A DNA stretch of 63,972 bases, filler included, from Reclinomonas americana ATCC 50394 (lineage: Eukaryota): the NCBI GenBank assembly GCA_048213135.1. It is 15 parts of 15 records of this genome, joined end to end, with 100 filler letters (N's around TTAATTAATTAA, not from the genome) between each part and the next. Parts side by side here need not be neighbours in the genome. Positions count along the whole stretch, not along the records: positions 5,417 to 17,057 come from AFZH01019706.1; positions 17,158 to 21,296 come from AFZH01019709.1; positions 21,397 to 22,776 come from AFZH01019710.1; positions 22,877 to 29,165 come from AFZH01019711.1; 11 more parts are not named here. One strand, 5' to 3'. Positions 11,501 to 22,904 of the stretch are shown here, piece by piece; position 1 is the stretch's first letter, and each line of letters begins with the position of its first letter. The notes under the pieces are model-generated. The model was given only the letters and a program-made list of their open reading frames with translations. It did not search any database and was not told the DNA's origin. The position numbers and the translations under genes are program-made.

Positions 11501-14003
11501 CGTTTGCATCTGTCACAAGACACAAAGCGGAGCGAGCGGACGATGCTGAGCTGCGCACGCTGACGGAGAATCTGTTGAATGTCACCAAGCAACGAGTGTC
11601 GCGCATTCAGCGACGTGTGTTGCTGACGGTGGTGGAGCTGACGACCATGTTTATGGAGGGCGGTGAGACGCAGCTGGCGCATGCCACCGTTCTGCGCCAG
11701 CTGGGTTTCCGCCGGCGCCTCAAGGCCCGCGTTGGCGAGTACAACCAGCTGCTGTGGCCACACCAGTCGTGGATTCCATTTGGCCGGCACGACCTCATGG
11801 CCACACTCAAGGAGGAGCGCCTGGTGCTCATCCGGGCGTGGAACTACCTGCAGTTGACCACGCACCACAGTACCCGTGAGATCGACTACCTGTCACCCAG
11901 TTGCGATGGCGGCACATGTGCAGTGCTGTAATTTGCTTTTCTCGCACTCTCTCTTTCTTGCTCACGATGCCGACATACAGGGAAGCAACGGTTCTCGCGA
12001 GAGAACTTGCTGGGCCGCGTGGAGGTCTTGCGCGGAGAGGACATTGAGGTGGTGTTCTTTGCCAAGGATGTGTCGAGTCGATTGCTGACAGCCGCCGACA
12101 AGAACGACATTGAGACCAAGGTCAACCGCGGCAGCGCAGCGGAGAAGTTGACGGATTTCGTCGACATGTCGCGTGATATGCATGCACGCATGAAATTCCG
12201 CGAGCGTTCGCAGCGCAGCAGTGCGCTGCAGTTCGCCAACACTCCCTGGGTGCAACGCGGCAGCGTGTGGCTGAGCATTCTCCTGACGGTGGCCATCAAT
12301 CTCGACTTGTTTATCAACTCGCCACCGGCGGAGGCGCAGCCGATCCACTTGATTATTCTCGGCGCACTGCTGCTGGTGAGCAGTGTCGTGGCCAATGCCT
12401 CGTACTGGCTCTCCGAAGCCATCATTGGCAGTTGCGTACGAGTGGAAACGAAGAGGAAGGAGATTGAGAAGTTGTTGTGGCTGACATGCTGGTGACAGGG
12501 AACGAAACATTCGAGAGATTCCGGCGCGCCTACAAGAGCAAGCACGGACCCAAGGCGGAACCGTCGAAAGTGGCGGCCACTGCTCGAAAAGTCAAGGCAG
12601 CCTTCAGTCGACTAGCCATGTACAGGTGTGGGCGTGCATGAGAGGGGGGGTGGCGGCTTGTTTTCCCCTCCGAGTGCTCACTCTGCGCAGGGCGCTGACG
12701 CTACTGTTTGCCATCCTGGGGCTGGCGGTGTCGCCCTACTTTTTCGCGTTCCACTTGATTGAGTTGGTGACTCGCACGCCAGTGCTGGTCAACGTGTTGC
12801 AGGCTGTCACCAGCAACGCCTACTCTCTCTTCCTCACGCTGCTGCTCGGCTTCTTGATCGTGTATTTCTACGCCATTATAGGCTTTGTGTATTTCGGCAG
12901 CCAGGTGAGACAGGCCGAGTTGCCTATATGTGAGGGCTGCTTACTGACAGGAGTGTGTGTGTGTGTGTGTGCGTCCGTGCAGTTGTCTTGCGACAGTATC
13001 CTCACATGTTGGGCCGTGATCATTGCACAAGTGCCGTCGGGCGGCGACCAACTTCGTGGTCTGCTGTCCGGACTCGGCTCTGAACTGCTCTTCCAGCTCT
13101 CCTTCTTCTTCTTCTTCATGATTATTCTGCTCAACATCTTCCTCGGTATCATCATGTTGCGTCCACCGACAGACGTCGTGTTGCAGTTGATTTCCTCGTG
13201 CTAACTTGATTCCACTCAGCGACTCGTTCGGCGCGCTGCGTGCGGAACGTGAGCTCATTGCCAAGGATCGTGCCGGCCGTTGCTTCATTTGCGATCTGCC
13301 TCCGCACGTGTTTGAGCGAGAGGTGCGTGGGCGGGCTTGATCATCACACGCATTTTTTCGGTCGCAGTGTCTGACGCAAAGTCGGCGCGCAGGGACTCAA
13401 CTTTCAAGATCACCGCACGCTCGAGCACAGTCCGTGGGACTATGTGCACTTTTTCTCGCGCCTGTGGAACGTGGAGGACCGTCGGATGCTCAGCGGCACG
13501 GAGCTGTTTGTCTTGGATCACATCGAGCAGGGCGAGATTGCGTTTTTCCCGAGCGAGAGGTGAGGCTGTGTGTGTATGAGGGACTATGCAGTGTCTGTGC
13601 GCACACACACTTACCTGCTGTCGGTGGTGGTGGTGGTCGTGCATGAAACCACAGATCGCAGCATCTGGAGCAGGTCGTTTCGCGACGCGGTGGCAACGCC
13701 GAGGCGGAGGTGGATGTGGCGGCCGAGTTGCAGCGGGTGCAGGAGCAGCTGGCCACCATGAACGATCGCGTAGGCCGAGTACAGGTGTCGCTACGCGGCT
13801 CCGACAACCTCTTGCGCGAGATCTCGGCCAACACGGCGCAAAAGTTCACTCTGCTGAACGATCTGGCCACGCAGGGCGCCGCCGCAGCCGCGGCCGCCGC
13901 AGCTGCCAGCGAAGTGGCCGACGACGAGACCGATGTGGTCAGCAGCATTCGTGCGCCGGCCCCGTCGTCGAGTCGAGGAGGTCAGAGGAGCGCAAGGCGG
14001 TGA
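231..14003 (+). CDS. ITPR: IP3-receptor/RyR-superfamily intracellular Ca2+-release channel with an N-terminal GRAM domain; about 55 introns, 5'-partial, crosses one assembly gap
   Basis: The spliced chain gives a GRAM domain (FRRLFGFGPEEKLYDSFSCSY...GVLFVSANYLCFDS) and a MIR-like HVETGYALH. RIH-like segments follow (RQRVLSQLNIPDLLINLL; ILRTLQAMCRHG..FSNQLTI), then GRVEVLRGEDIEVVFF. The channel region reads SPYFFAFHLIELV...LVNVLQAVT, SCDSILTC, LNIFLGIIIDSFGALR, then the C2H2 site CFIC...HRTLEH and a C-terminal coiled coil. Stop is TGA at 14001-14003. Confidence 0.9.
5317..5416. other. Artificial scaffold linker (N44-TTAATTAATTAA-N44), first of 14
   Basis: Identical 100-nt linkers with stops in all six frames start at 5317, 17058, 21297, 22777, 29166, 30881, 37835, 39691, 46912, 50428, 52448, 54311, 56084 and 62565. 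Confidence 0.98.
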
Positions 14004-14099
14004 TTAGATGGAGGTCAATGAAGTCTTGTTTATGGAAGAGCGACGGCGGGTCGACGGCGGAGTGTCGGTGTCCTGCTTCGTTGTTGATAGATTGTCATC

Positions 14100-15699
14100 A
14101 TGATGAGGAGCAGGGGCGCAGCACTGTTGTTGCTGTTTACCATCACCGCAGCTGTAGTAGCGGCTGCTGTTGTGCCACCTCCACTGCCCTCTGCAGTGCT
14201 GGCGCGTGAGCTCGAGCAGCGTGTCATGTGGATGGAATCGTCGGTGGAGACCGATCCCTTGATCACAGGCACCTCCTCGTGGTCTCAGATGCTGCTCTCC
14301 TCCATTGTGCACGACGAGACCAACTGCACCCAGCTGCCCGACCTCTTCCTCCAAGAGCAGGGCGGGATCCCACCCATGGGCGAGCTGCAGTTTGTGAGTG
14401 ATATTATGCGTGGGGGTCAGTGAGTCGCTTGTCTCACAGGTGTGTGTGTGTGCGTGGTGACGCTGTTCAGCCACTGTTTGGAGCACGCAAGTCGTGGGAC
14501 TCGATCCGTGCACTGGTGCGGGAACCCGGGGTTCACCGGAAGCTGTTGATTCTTGTGCGCCACGGACAAGCATGGGAGAACTTGGCTCCGCTCGACGTCC
14601 ACCAGGGTCACTGCGAGTTCCTGTTTGATGGAGCCCTGCGTCGGTACTGGGACTCACCGCTGTCGGATGTGGGCTTTGACCAGACCATTCGGCTGAATGC
14701 CCTGTTGCGGTCGCCGCCACCTTCTGGCACCAAGGGAGCGACGTGGTTCGACGCCCTGGGCTTGTCCGACCCGGCGACCAAGTTCTACGTGTCGCCTCTC
14801 ACTCGCACACTGCAGACGGCCGCCGGTGTGTTTGGCGGTCTCACCAACAAGACGTTTGTGACCAGCGAGGTTCATAATGGCGACTTGTTGTCGGTGGTGC
14901 TTCGGTGCGCTCACTCACTTTATTCTTTGTAGTTGATTCGTGCCGGTGTCGGCGCAGACTGGTGCAATCAGCGACAGTCCGTGTCGGGTCCGCGTTACTC
15001 CGGCGTTGCGCCTCCACCGCCGTGGTTCACGGGCTGTCAGCCGGCGAATCTCGGCGGTCTCGCCGACCAGTTTGGACACCTGCCCAACATTACCTTTGCG
15101 TTCCCCGTGCGACCTGCCGGCGGTGCTGGTGCGTTTTTTTGCCATGGAGTGCGACGACATGCAGCAGCGTGTGTGGTCTCACAGCGCACATGCAGGTGTC
15201 GGTGGGCTGATTGCCGACGGCGACGTGCTGTTCCGAGTCGACAAGCAGGAGAGCATTGCAGAGCGTGTCGCGCGTGCCAAGGTGTTTTTGTACAAGGTGA
15301 GAGTCCTCTCTCAGTCACCGCTGCGCTGCATGGCCCTGTCATCTCACTTCACCGCAGCTGTTTGCCGAGGAGTCGGCCACGACAATCGGCATTGGTTCGT
15401 GCAGCCAGTGCTGCGTTATGTCGCCGCCATCTGTAGCATGTTCTCAATCACCTTTCTGTACCTGCACGCAGTGACACACAGCGAAATGATCGACGCCTTC
15501 TATCGAGCCGTCGGCTACGAGTTCCCCGCCGGTTTTGTGACCATGAAGTTGCGTGTATCTCCACCGATCACGCCTGCTGCTGCTGCAGTTCACTCACACT
15601 TCACCGCACAGCACCGAAGTGGTTCCCATGGTCATTGAGTGGCCAACATCATCGACGCACAGAGAAAAGGACGTCGCACCCGTCCTCGTTGTCACATAA
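14100..15699 (+). CDS. Secreted histidine phosphatase / phosphoglycerate-mutase-family protein
   Basis: Hydrophobic signal-like N-terminus (MMRSRGAALLLLFTITAAVVAA). Motifs LILVRHGQAWEN, DSPLSDVG, FYVSPLTRTLQTA, IGIVTHS and NTEVVPMVI appear after splicing 6 introns. TAA at 15697-15699. Confidence 0.85.
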
Positions 15700-15731
15700 A
15701 ACCACCTTTCGCTCTTGTTGTTTGCAAACGA

Positions 15732-16711
15732 ATGGCGTGCACTCTGTGGAACGAGGAAGACCCGCACGTGTTTGTGCTGCGCCACCCGCTCGCCGAGTAC
15801 CACCTCTCTCGCATTCGCGATGTGAGCACGCGGCCTCTGGTGTTCCGCGAGTCCGTCTCTGCGCTCTCCGCGCTGCTGGCCGTCGACGCGTGTGCCGACT
15901 TTCCCCTGCGCACACAGCCAGTGATGACGCCGTGCGGAGAGGCGTCGGGTGCACGCACACTCGACGGAACAATCGATGTCGTGCCCGTCTTGCGCGCAGG
16001 TAAACACACACACACACACTCTCTTCTCTCTCTCTCTTCTGACTCACTCTCTCGTGCAAGGCTTGGGCATGGTCGACGGTGTGATCAAGCTGCTTCCCGA
16101 CGAGTTCACCAAGATTCTGCATTTGGGCTTTGAACGCGATCATGTGACGTTGCTTCCGTCGACCTACTACAACAAGCTGGAGTTGCACGAGCGACCGGCG
16201 CGAAACATTCTCGTGGTCGATCCCATGTTGGGCACGGTATGCATGAAGAAAGGAAGAAGTCGCGCCCATTTGGGGTTGTTGTTGTGACCTCTCTTTGTTT
16301 GTTAGGGTGGCACGGCCAAGGAGGCGATTACGCAGATCAAGTCGTGGATTGCGGCGCGCATGGAGGGCATTGATTATACGCCATGCATTCGCTTCTTGTG
16401 CTTGGTCGGCTGCGATCGTGGTGTCAAGGTGATTCCCGGATATTGCATGACCATTTTTCCGCCCGCTTCTGTGCTGATTCTTTCTCTGTCTCCTGCTGGG
16501 AAGGCACTGCGCGAGGCGCATCCCGACGTGGCGATCTATGCGGCGGCCATTGATCCCATTCTCAATGAGCGCGGATACATTGTGCCTGGCGTTGCGTGAT
16601 CTTTGCCGCCGCTTTTTCTCACTTTTGCCTCACACTGACGACTCTCTTCCTCCACCTCCCCCGCAGCTCGGCGACGCTGGCGACCGCATCATGAACACGG
16701 TGACGCACTGA
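15732..16711 (+). CDS. upp: Uracil phosphoribosyltransferase
   Basis: HPL..HLSRIRD.ST..FRE, VPVLRAGLGM, PRPP-binding [13 protein letters not shown], and [17 protein letters not shown] across 4 introns. Confidence 0.95.
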
Positions 16712-16834
16712 GCCGCATGTCCACGGGTGTGTACGACAGGCCGCAAGAATCCTAATAACGCCCGCCAATCAATCGTGTGCGTGTGTCATCATCATAAACA
16801 CCAAGCTCCATTCCTTTTTCATTCCGCCACCACC

Positions 16835-19279
16835 TCAAGCAAACACATCCTCCAAGTCGACATTCTCCTGCTCCACATCCTCCATGGTGGTGAAGTTCAA
16901 GAAGTGCGCCGGCCGATGCAGCTCGTGGTAGAACGGCTTTGGTTGGTCGAGCACGAGGCCGTACTTGATCATTTCCGAGTACTTTTCTGCAAGGCGGGAA
17001 AAAGAATCATCAGCACACTGGCACAAACTAAAGGAGTGAAAAACACACCACCACTCCNNNNNNNNNNNNNNNNNNNNNNNNNNNNNNNNNNNNNNNNNNN
17101 NTTAATTAATTAANNNNNNNNNNNNNNNNNNNNNNNNNNNNNNNNNNNNNNNNNNNNAAAGGGGGGAGGTGGGAAAGGGGGGAGGTGGGAAAGGGAAAGA
17201 GAGAGGTGACAGGAGAGAGAGAAGGGGAGAGGAGAGGGAAATTGGGAAGGAAAGATATAAGACAGAGAGAAGGCGAGAGAGAAAGCGAAAGCGAAAGAGG
17301 AAGAGAGAGAATGAGGAAGAGAGAGAAAGGGAGAGAGAGAGAGAAGAAGAAGAGGAAGAGAAAGAGAGAGGGGGCAGAGATTGGGGATAGGGAGAAGGCA
17401 GAATGGAGAAGGGCTTGATGAGAGAAAGACAGGAAGACGGAAAGGAGAGACAGAGGAAGAAAAGAGTGGAGTGAGAAGAGGGCAGGCCGAGAGAGGTACA
17501 CGAGTTCGCGAAATGTGCTCGGTGGTGGACAGGTGGCGACACACAAAAGTATGCAGAGCGACAAACTTCAAAGCAAAGCTCACCTTGACCAACGGCACAT
17601 CGAGGGCACGTCGTGTGCGACCCGAGCGCTTGTCGAACGGATGCGGAGCCCAGTACAGCGCAATGCCATTCGCCGTGTTGTCCGTGTACAGCGGAGTGTC
17701 GGCAAGGAACGGAGAGATCTCCTCTGGCAGGTAGAACTGCACAGGCACGGCCCAACACACGTCAGCTTCTCATTCTTCCTCTCTCTCAATCTCTCTCTCT
17801 TTCACACACCTCATCATCGTCGGCATACTCGCCCTCCTCCTCCTCCATCACGTGCGCGTACACACGCGAGTGCTCGGTCTTGTACGCCGAGATGGGGTTG
17901 ATGATCGGGTCAAAGTAGAACGCGGGCAGGAACGGATCGCCGGTCTTGATGTAGCAGAGCGATGGGTAGTGGTACCAGGTGAGGTGCACCTTGCGTGGCC
18001 GGTTGTTGTAGAGGTACGGGAACGCGATGCGGTACTCGGTACGGATCTGGTGCCGAATAATGATCTTGTTGATGTCGTTGAACTCGTTCCAGTCCTCGTC
18101 CGTGTCCACGTCGCGGAACAGCGGCTCGTACTTGGGGCCGCCGGGAATGGCCATCGACAGCGCCTTGGCGGTGAAGAACGACTTGGGCTCGAACAAGTAA
18201 AAGTAGTTGCGGTCGATGGTGTCGGAGAGCAGCTGACCCGACAGGCGGAACAGCGTGGCCATCACCGGCATTGGCAGGTGCCAGTGGCGGTACGAGGGAC
18301 CATTGATGAACTTGGTGTCGGAGAGCGGGTGCTGGTCGTAGAACCAGTCAATCACAGCCGCGTCTTCTTCCTCGTCCAGTTGCATCTGGATCGGGTCGAG
18401 TGGTTGCACGTCCTGAAATAGAAGGGAAAGGGGGAAGAAGGGAAAAGGGAGGTGAGTGAGCAAAAGTGCCGAAGAAATAGAATGTGAGGGCGAGGGACAA
18501 GAGAAAAAGAGAGCAGAACGAATAGAGTGAAGAACGGAACAAATGAGGAGGGAGCAAGGTACACGAACAACGAGAGGAAGAAACCAGAAACGTTTGAGGC
18601 ACAAGCAGAGGGAGCACAGCATGCAGAGCACAAACAAACAAGTGAAGAAATGAGCCTTGTTGCGCTGTGCACTCACCAAGACGTTCTCGCCGTAATCCAG
18701 CGGCGGCTCCTCATCGTCAAACGGTGGGAAGCGCATGCGCTTAAAGTGGCGACGATCACGCTTCTCACGACGCATGACAATCCACATGGTGGCCCACTGC
18801 GCGATAAACACGGGCTCGACCACCTTGGGCGTCTCGTTGATAAAGGTGATGGCGCCGGTGACGTGGTACAGCGCCTTCACGTCGCGAACTTGCTCCCACG
18901 GCATCGGCATGTTCTCCAGAACCTTGGTGATGGCGTGTGGCATGTACTTGAGCGCGCCCAGGTACACACGCTTCTCGCGACGGAACTTGCGCGAACTGTG
19001 AATGGGGGATAGGGGAGAAAGAGGGGCAAAGGGACGGTGCGAGTGAGACACAACAAATACGTCAAGAAGGGATGATGACAAGAGACGAGCAGAGAACAGG
19101 AGTACGAAGGGCGACAATCATAGTTTGAGCAACAACGGGAGTGGCGTAGAGAGCAGCGAGAAAGACGAGGAGAGATGCAGGAGACGAACAACGACAAGGT
19201 GAGAGCAGGTAGGGGGAGAGGAAAGGAGACGACGATTGATCAGTCACAGAGGCAGGTGGAACGAGCAGAGCTGAACAGC

Positions 19280-19314
<35 letters not shown>

Positions 19315-20290
19315 GGAGACGAACAGCGATGAGATTAAGGACTGGAGAGGCGAGAGAAGAGAGCGAAAGGAGACAACGAGAGTCTGAACAGGCACGGAAG
19401 TAGCCGGGAAAAGCAGCGCAGAGCATAGAGACAGAGAGAGCAAAGAGAGCAAGATGCAGAAGACGAACAATGACGAGATGAGCACAGAGGAGAGGGCGAA
19501 CGAGACGATGTGCACAGTCAAAGAGGCAGGTGGAATAGCAGAGTTGAACAGAGCAGCGCGGCGCAGAGAGAGCGCGAGAGAAAAGAGAGAGAGAGAGAGA
19601 GAGAGAGTGAGAGATGCAAGAGACAAACAACAACAAGGTGAGAACAGAGGAGAGGGCAAGGAGACAATGCTGAACAACCACAGGGGCAGGTGGAAAGAGC
19701 ATGGAGAGTGAATGGAGTTTTCCTTCAGTACATGCAATCTTGCTTCTCACCTCATATCACCATGGTCCTTCATGATCTTGCGCAAATGCTCCGGAGGCAT
19801 ATCCTCCTTCGGCACCTCACTGTAGCCGAACTTGCGCTTGTCGTGGTATCTGCAAGCAAGCACACACACAAGAGAAAGAAAGTGAGAAAGAGTCTCTCTC
19901 TCTTTTTGTGCGTGTGTATGTGCAAGAGCACTCTGCGACATTACCTCTTCTGATTCATCTTCTTCCACTTTTTGGCTGCACGTGTGTGTCAAAAGAGGCA
20001 AAGTGAGCGTGGACATGGACCTGCGCACTTTTACGCGCGCACTCTTTACACGCACCTTTCTCCTCCAGTGTCATTGGCTGTCCGGCGGGCGTCAATGCCG
20101 CATTCGGCATTGCTGCACCAGCGTGCATGCGCGTTGCAGCCTGTGCGTGAGACAAGTGTGTGTGTCACAAGTGAGACATTTCATGCTTTTTTTCTTTGTT
20201 TTGTTTTGTTTGTGCGTTGCTGCGTACCGGAGGCATGTGCATTCCATACGGAGTGCCGCCCATGTCCATCGGCACAGCGCGTGGATCCAT
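16835..20290 (-). CDS. PRP8: Pre-mRNA splicing factor Prp8; N-terminal ~400 aa and extreme C-terminus present, middle lost in the gap at 17058-17157
   Basis: [97 protein letters not shown]-terminal exon reads [17 protein letters not shown]...DVFA*. Confidence 0.97.
19010..19700. repeat. Degenerate tandem repeat inside a Prp8 intron
   Basis: Recurring gagatgcaggagacgaaca and cagtca..gaggcaggtggaa..gcagag.tgaacag units. Confidence 0.7.
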
Positions 20291-20542
20291 GGTGCCTCTC
20301 TCCCTCCACGCGACACACTCTTGCGATGAACGTCGGGGGACAGCCGGACGCTGCATTTGCAACGTCGCGGGTGAAATGCACACCAAAAGCAACAAGCCAC
20401 GCAGCTGCTAATACACGCATATGCACCACACAGTCATGCACATCGCGCAGCAGACATCGCGCGAATGCGTCCGACATGAGTTGCAACGGTCGACGCGCAG
20501 GACAAAACCTTTATTTTGACACTCACACACCGCGCAAAGCCA
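20291..20542. promoter_or_regulatory. Probable bidirectional promoter region between divergent Prp8 and RanBP1
   Basis: 252 bp separate the two divergent ATGs. Inferred from geometry only; no motif identified. Confidence 0.5.
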
Positions 20543-21925
20543 ATGTCTGCTGAACCCCCGAAGAAGCCTCTGTTTGGCGGTGGTGCTGCGGGCACATTCT
20601 CCTTTGGCACTGGTGGTGCGGGTGCATTCTCATTTGGCGCGGCTGCTGCTGGTGGCTCCTCTGCGGCGGCCACTGCTGCAGCAGGCGAGGAGGAGGGAGA
20701 GGGTGCAAGCGCAGAGCCCACAGAAGAGGAGGAGAGGGTGAGTTGACAGCAGGAAAAGAGGGGATCACAAGTGCGTGACATGGCGCGCAAGTGTGTGTGT
20801 GTGTGCGAGTGAGAGATGTCTGCGCAAGTGTGTGTGCACATGTGAGCAGGCGTTGTCTCTCTGTGTGCGTGTGTGTGTTTGTGAGTGTGCACTTTTGGGC
20901 GCGAGTTTTTTGTGTCAAGTGTCACACTTTGCACGCACACGCACACACGCGCGCTGTGTGAGCTGCATGTGTATATAGAGAGACACACACCAGTGTTGCA
21001 ACAGTGCGCGCGTTTGTGTGTGTGAGTTTTTGGTTGTCGAGCATGAGCATGTCCCGTTGAGAGTTGTCTCTCACTCACTCACTCACACACTTTTGTCTCT
21101 CTCTCAACAGGCGTGGCGATCAGACTTCAAGCCGCTGGTTGAGCTGGAGAAGGTGGAGGTCAAGTCGTTGGAGGAGGAGGAGAGCGAGTTGTTCAAGGCG
21201 TTGCGTCACACTCTTTTCCAGAGTGCGTCTTGTGTAGACACTCACCTTGTTTGTGTATGTGCACAGGCGTGCCAAGTTGTACCGCTTTGACAAGCCNNNN
21301 NNNNNNNNNNNNNNNNNNNNNNNNNNNNNNNNNNNNNNNNTTAATTAATTAANNNNNNNNNNNNNNNNNNNNNNNNNNNNNNNNNNNNNNNNNNNNGTCG
21401 AATGAGTGGAAGGTGTGTGACTTTGTGTGAGAGAGAGGCAACTTGCATTGAGAGGTGACTGTTTCTCATTCTCTTTCTCTGTTGTTGCAGGAGCGTGGTG
21501 TTGGCGATGTGAAGCTGCTGCAACACGCCACTGACAAGCTCAAGACGCGCATCATTCTCAGACGTGAGAAGGTCGGCAAGCTGGCCTGCAATCACTACAG
21601 TTGCGCACTCTACATTGTCGATATGCTCTCAGTCTCTCTCCCTTTCCCTTGCTCTTGCTCTCTCTGCCGGCCTGTCTGCCTGTCTCTCTCTTGACTCACG
21701 CTCTTCTCTCTTGGCTCACGCTCTTCTCTCTTGCGCGCTCTCCCTCCCTCTCCTCCCTCTCTCTCTCTCTTCTCCTTTGGCTCACTCGCTCTGCAGTCAC
21801 CCGCGAGATGAAGTTGACGCCGAATGTCGGCAGCGACAAGTCATGGGTGTGGACGACGCTGGCTGATTTTGCCGATGAGGAGCTCAAGCCGGAGACGCTG
21901 GCCATTCGTTTCAACTCGGTGGAAT
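20543..21925 (+). CDS. RANBP1: Ran-binding domain (RanBP1/Yrb1-like) protein with N-terminal FxFG motifs; 3'-partial
   Basis: [50 protein letters not shown]...[36 protein letters not shown]...[16 protein letters not shown]. Confidence 0.93.
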
Positions 21926-22590
21926 GTTGCGTGACGATAGAGGGAGAAGTGAGGGGAGGAAAGGAGAAGAGTCAAATAATGAGATCTGTGAACGACGAGT
22001 GGAGATGGAGAGGAGTCGAGGAAGGAGAGGAGGGAAGAAGAGAGGAGAAGAATGGTCGAGATGCAGAGGGAGGGGAGACAGCAGTAGAGTCTGCAATGCA
22101 CGTGTTTTGCAGTGAGTGGCGCTTGCTGCTTTTGCTGGAAGGTCGTACAATCTCGCTTTGTGCACGTTTCATGTGCGTGCGATAGTCTGCCCCTCGACAT
22201 CCAATCCATCTCTCTCTCTCTCTCCCTTTGTACATGTGTGTCTTTGTTTCGCTGTGTGATTGGGCAGTCACCCGCTCTCTGCGATATCTCTCTCTCGCGT
22301 CTCTCTCTGTGCGCGTGCTTGTGTGTTTCCTTTTGTTGTTCATGCGTGCGTCCCCTCTCTCGTGTGTCTCTCTCTGTGCGTGTGCTTGTGTGTTTCCTTT
22401 TGATTGTTCGTGCGTAAATCTCCCTCTCTGCCCGTCTCTCGCTGTGCATGTGTGTGCGTGAGTCTGTCCCCCGCCCGCTGCTGTATCTCTCTCTTTGCGT
22501 GTGCCTGTATGTGCTCGTATGTCTTTGTGTTTCCTCGCCTTCGTGCGTGCGTTAGTCTGTTCCACGCCATCTGCTCAATCTGTCTCCCTT

Positions 22591-22622
<32 letters not shown>

Positions 22623-22904
22623 CGTGTGCCTTCATGTTTCCTCGTGTCTGTGCGCGCGTTAGTCTGTTCCACGCCGTCTGCTCTATCTCGCTGCTCTCTC
22701 CTCCTCGCGTTGTGTGTGTCTGTCTCTGCCTCTCTCCCTCCCCCTCCCTCTCCCCCTCCCTCAGCCTCCCCTCTCANNNNNNNNNNNNNNNNNNNNNNNN
22801 NNNNNNNNNNNNNNNNNNNNTTAATTAATTAANNNNNNNNNNNNNNNNNNNNNNNNNNNNNNNNNNNNNNNNNNNNCACAAAATTTAAAAAGAGAAAGGC
22901 GAGA

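Noticed and set aside
661..16666. Alternative reading of the shifted donors as non-GT (G|TTGCGT) introns
   Set aside because: It breaks the frame with the AG acceptors. Sliding both ends by one base would alter conserved residues (LGDAG to VGDAG, IDSF to MDSF, and at 21600 HYIT to HYST).
21297..21396. Gap interrupting RanBP1
   Set aside because: The flanks join directly in frame (FDKP|SNEWK), so the real gap is about zero. Placeholders do not reflect true gap sizes, and the gene is not disrupted.
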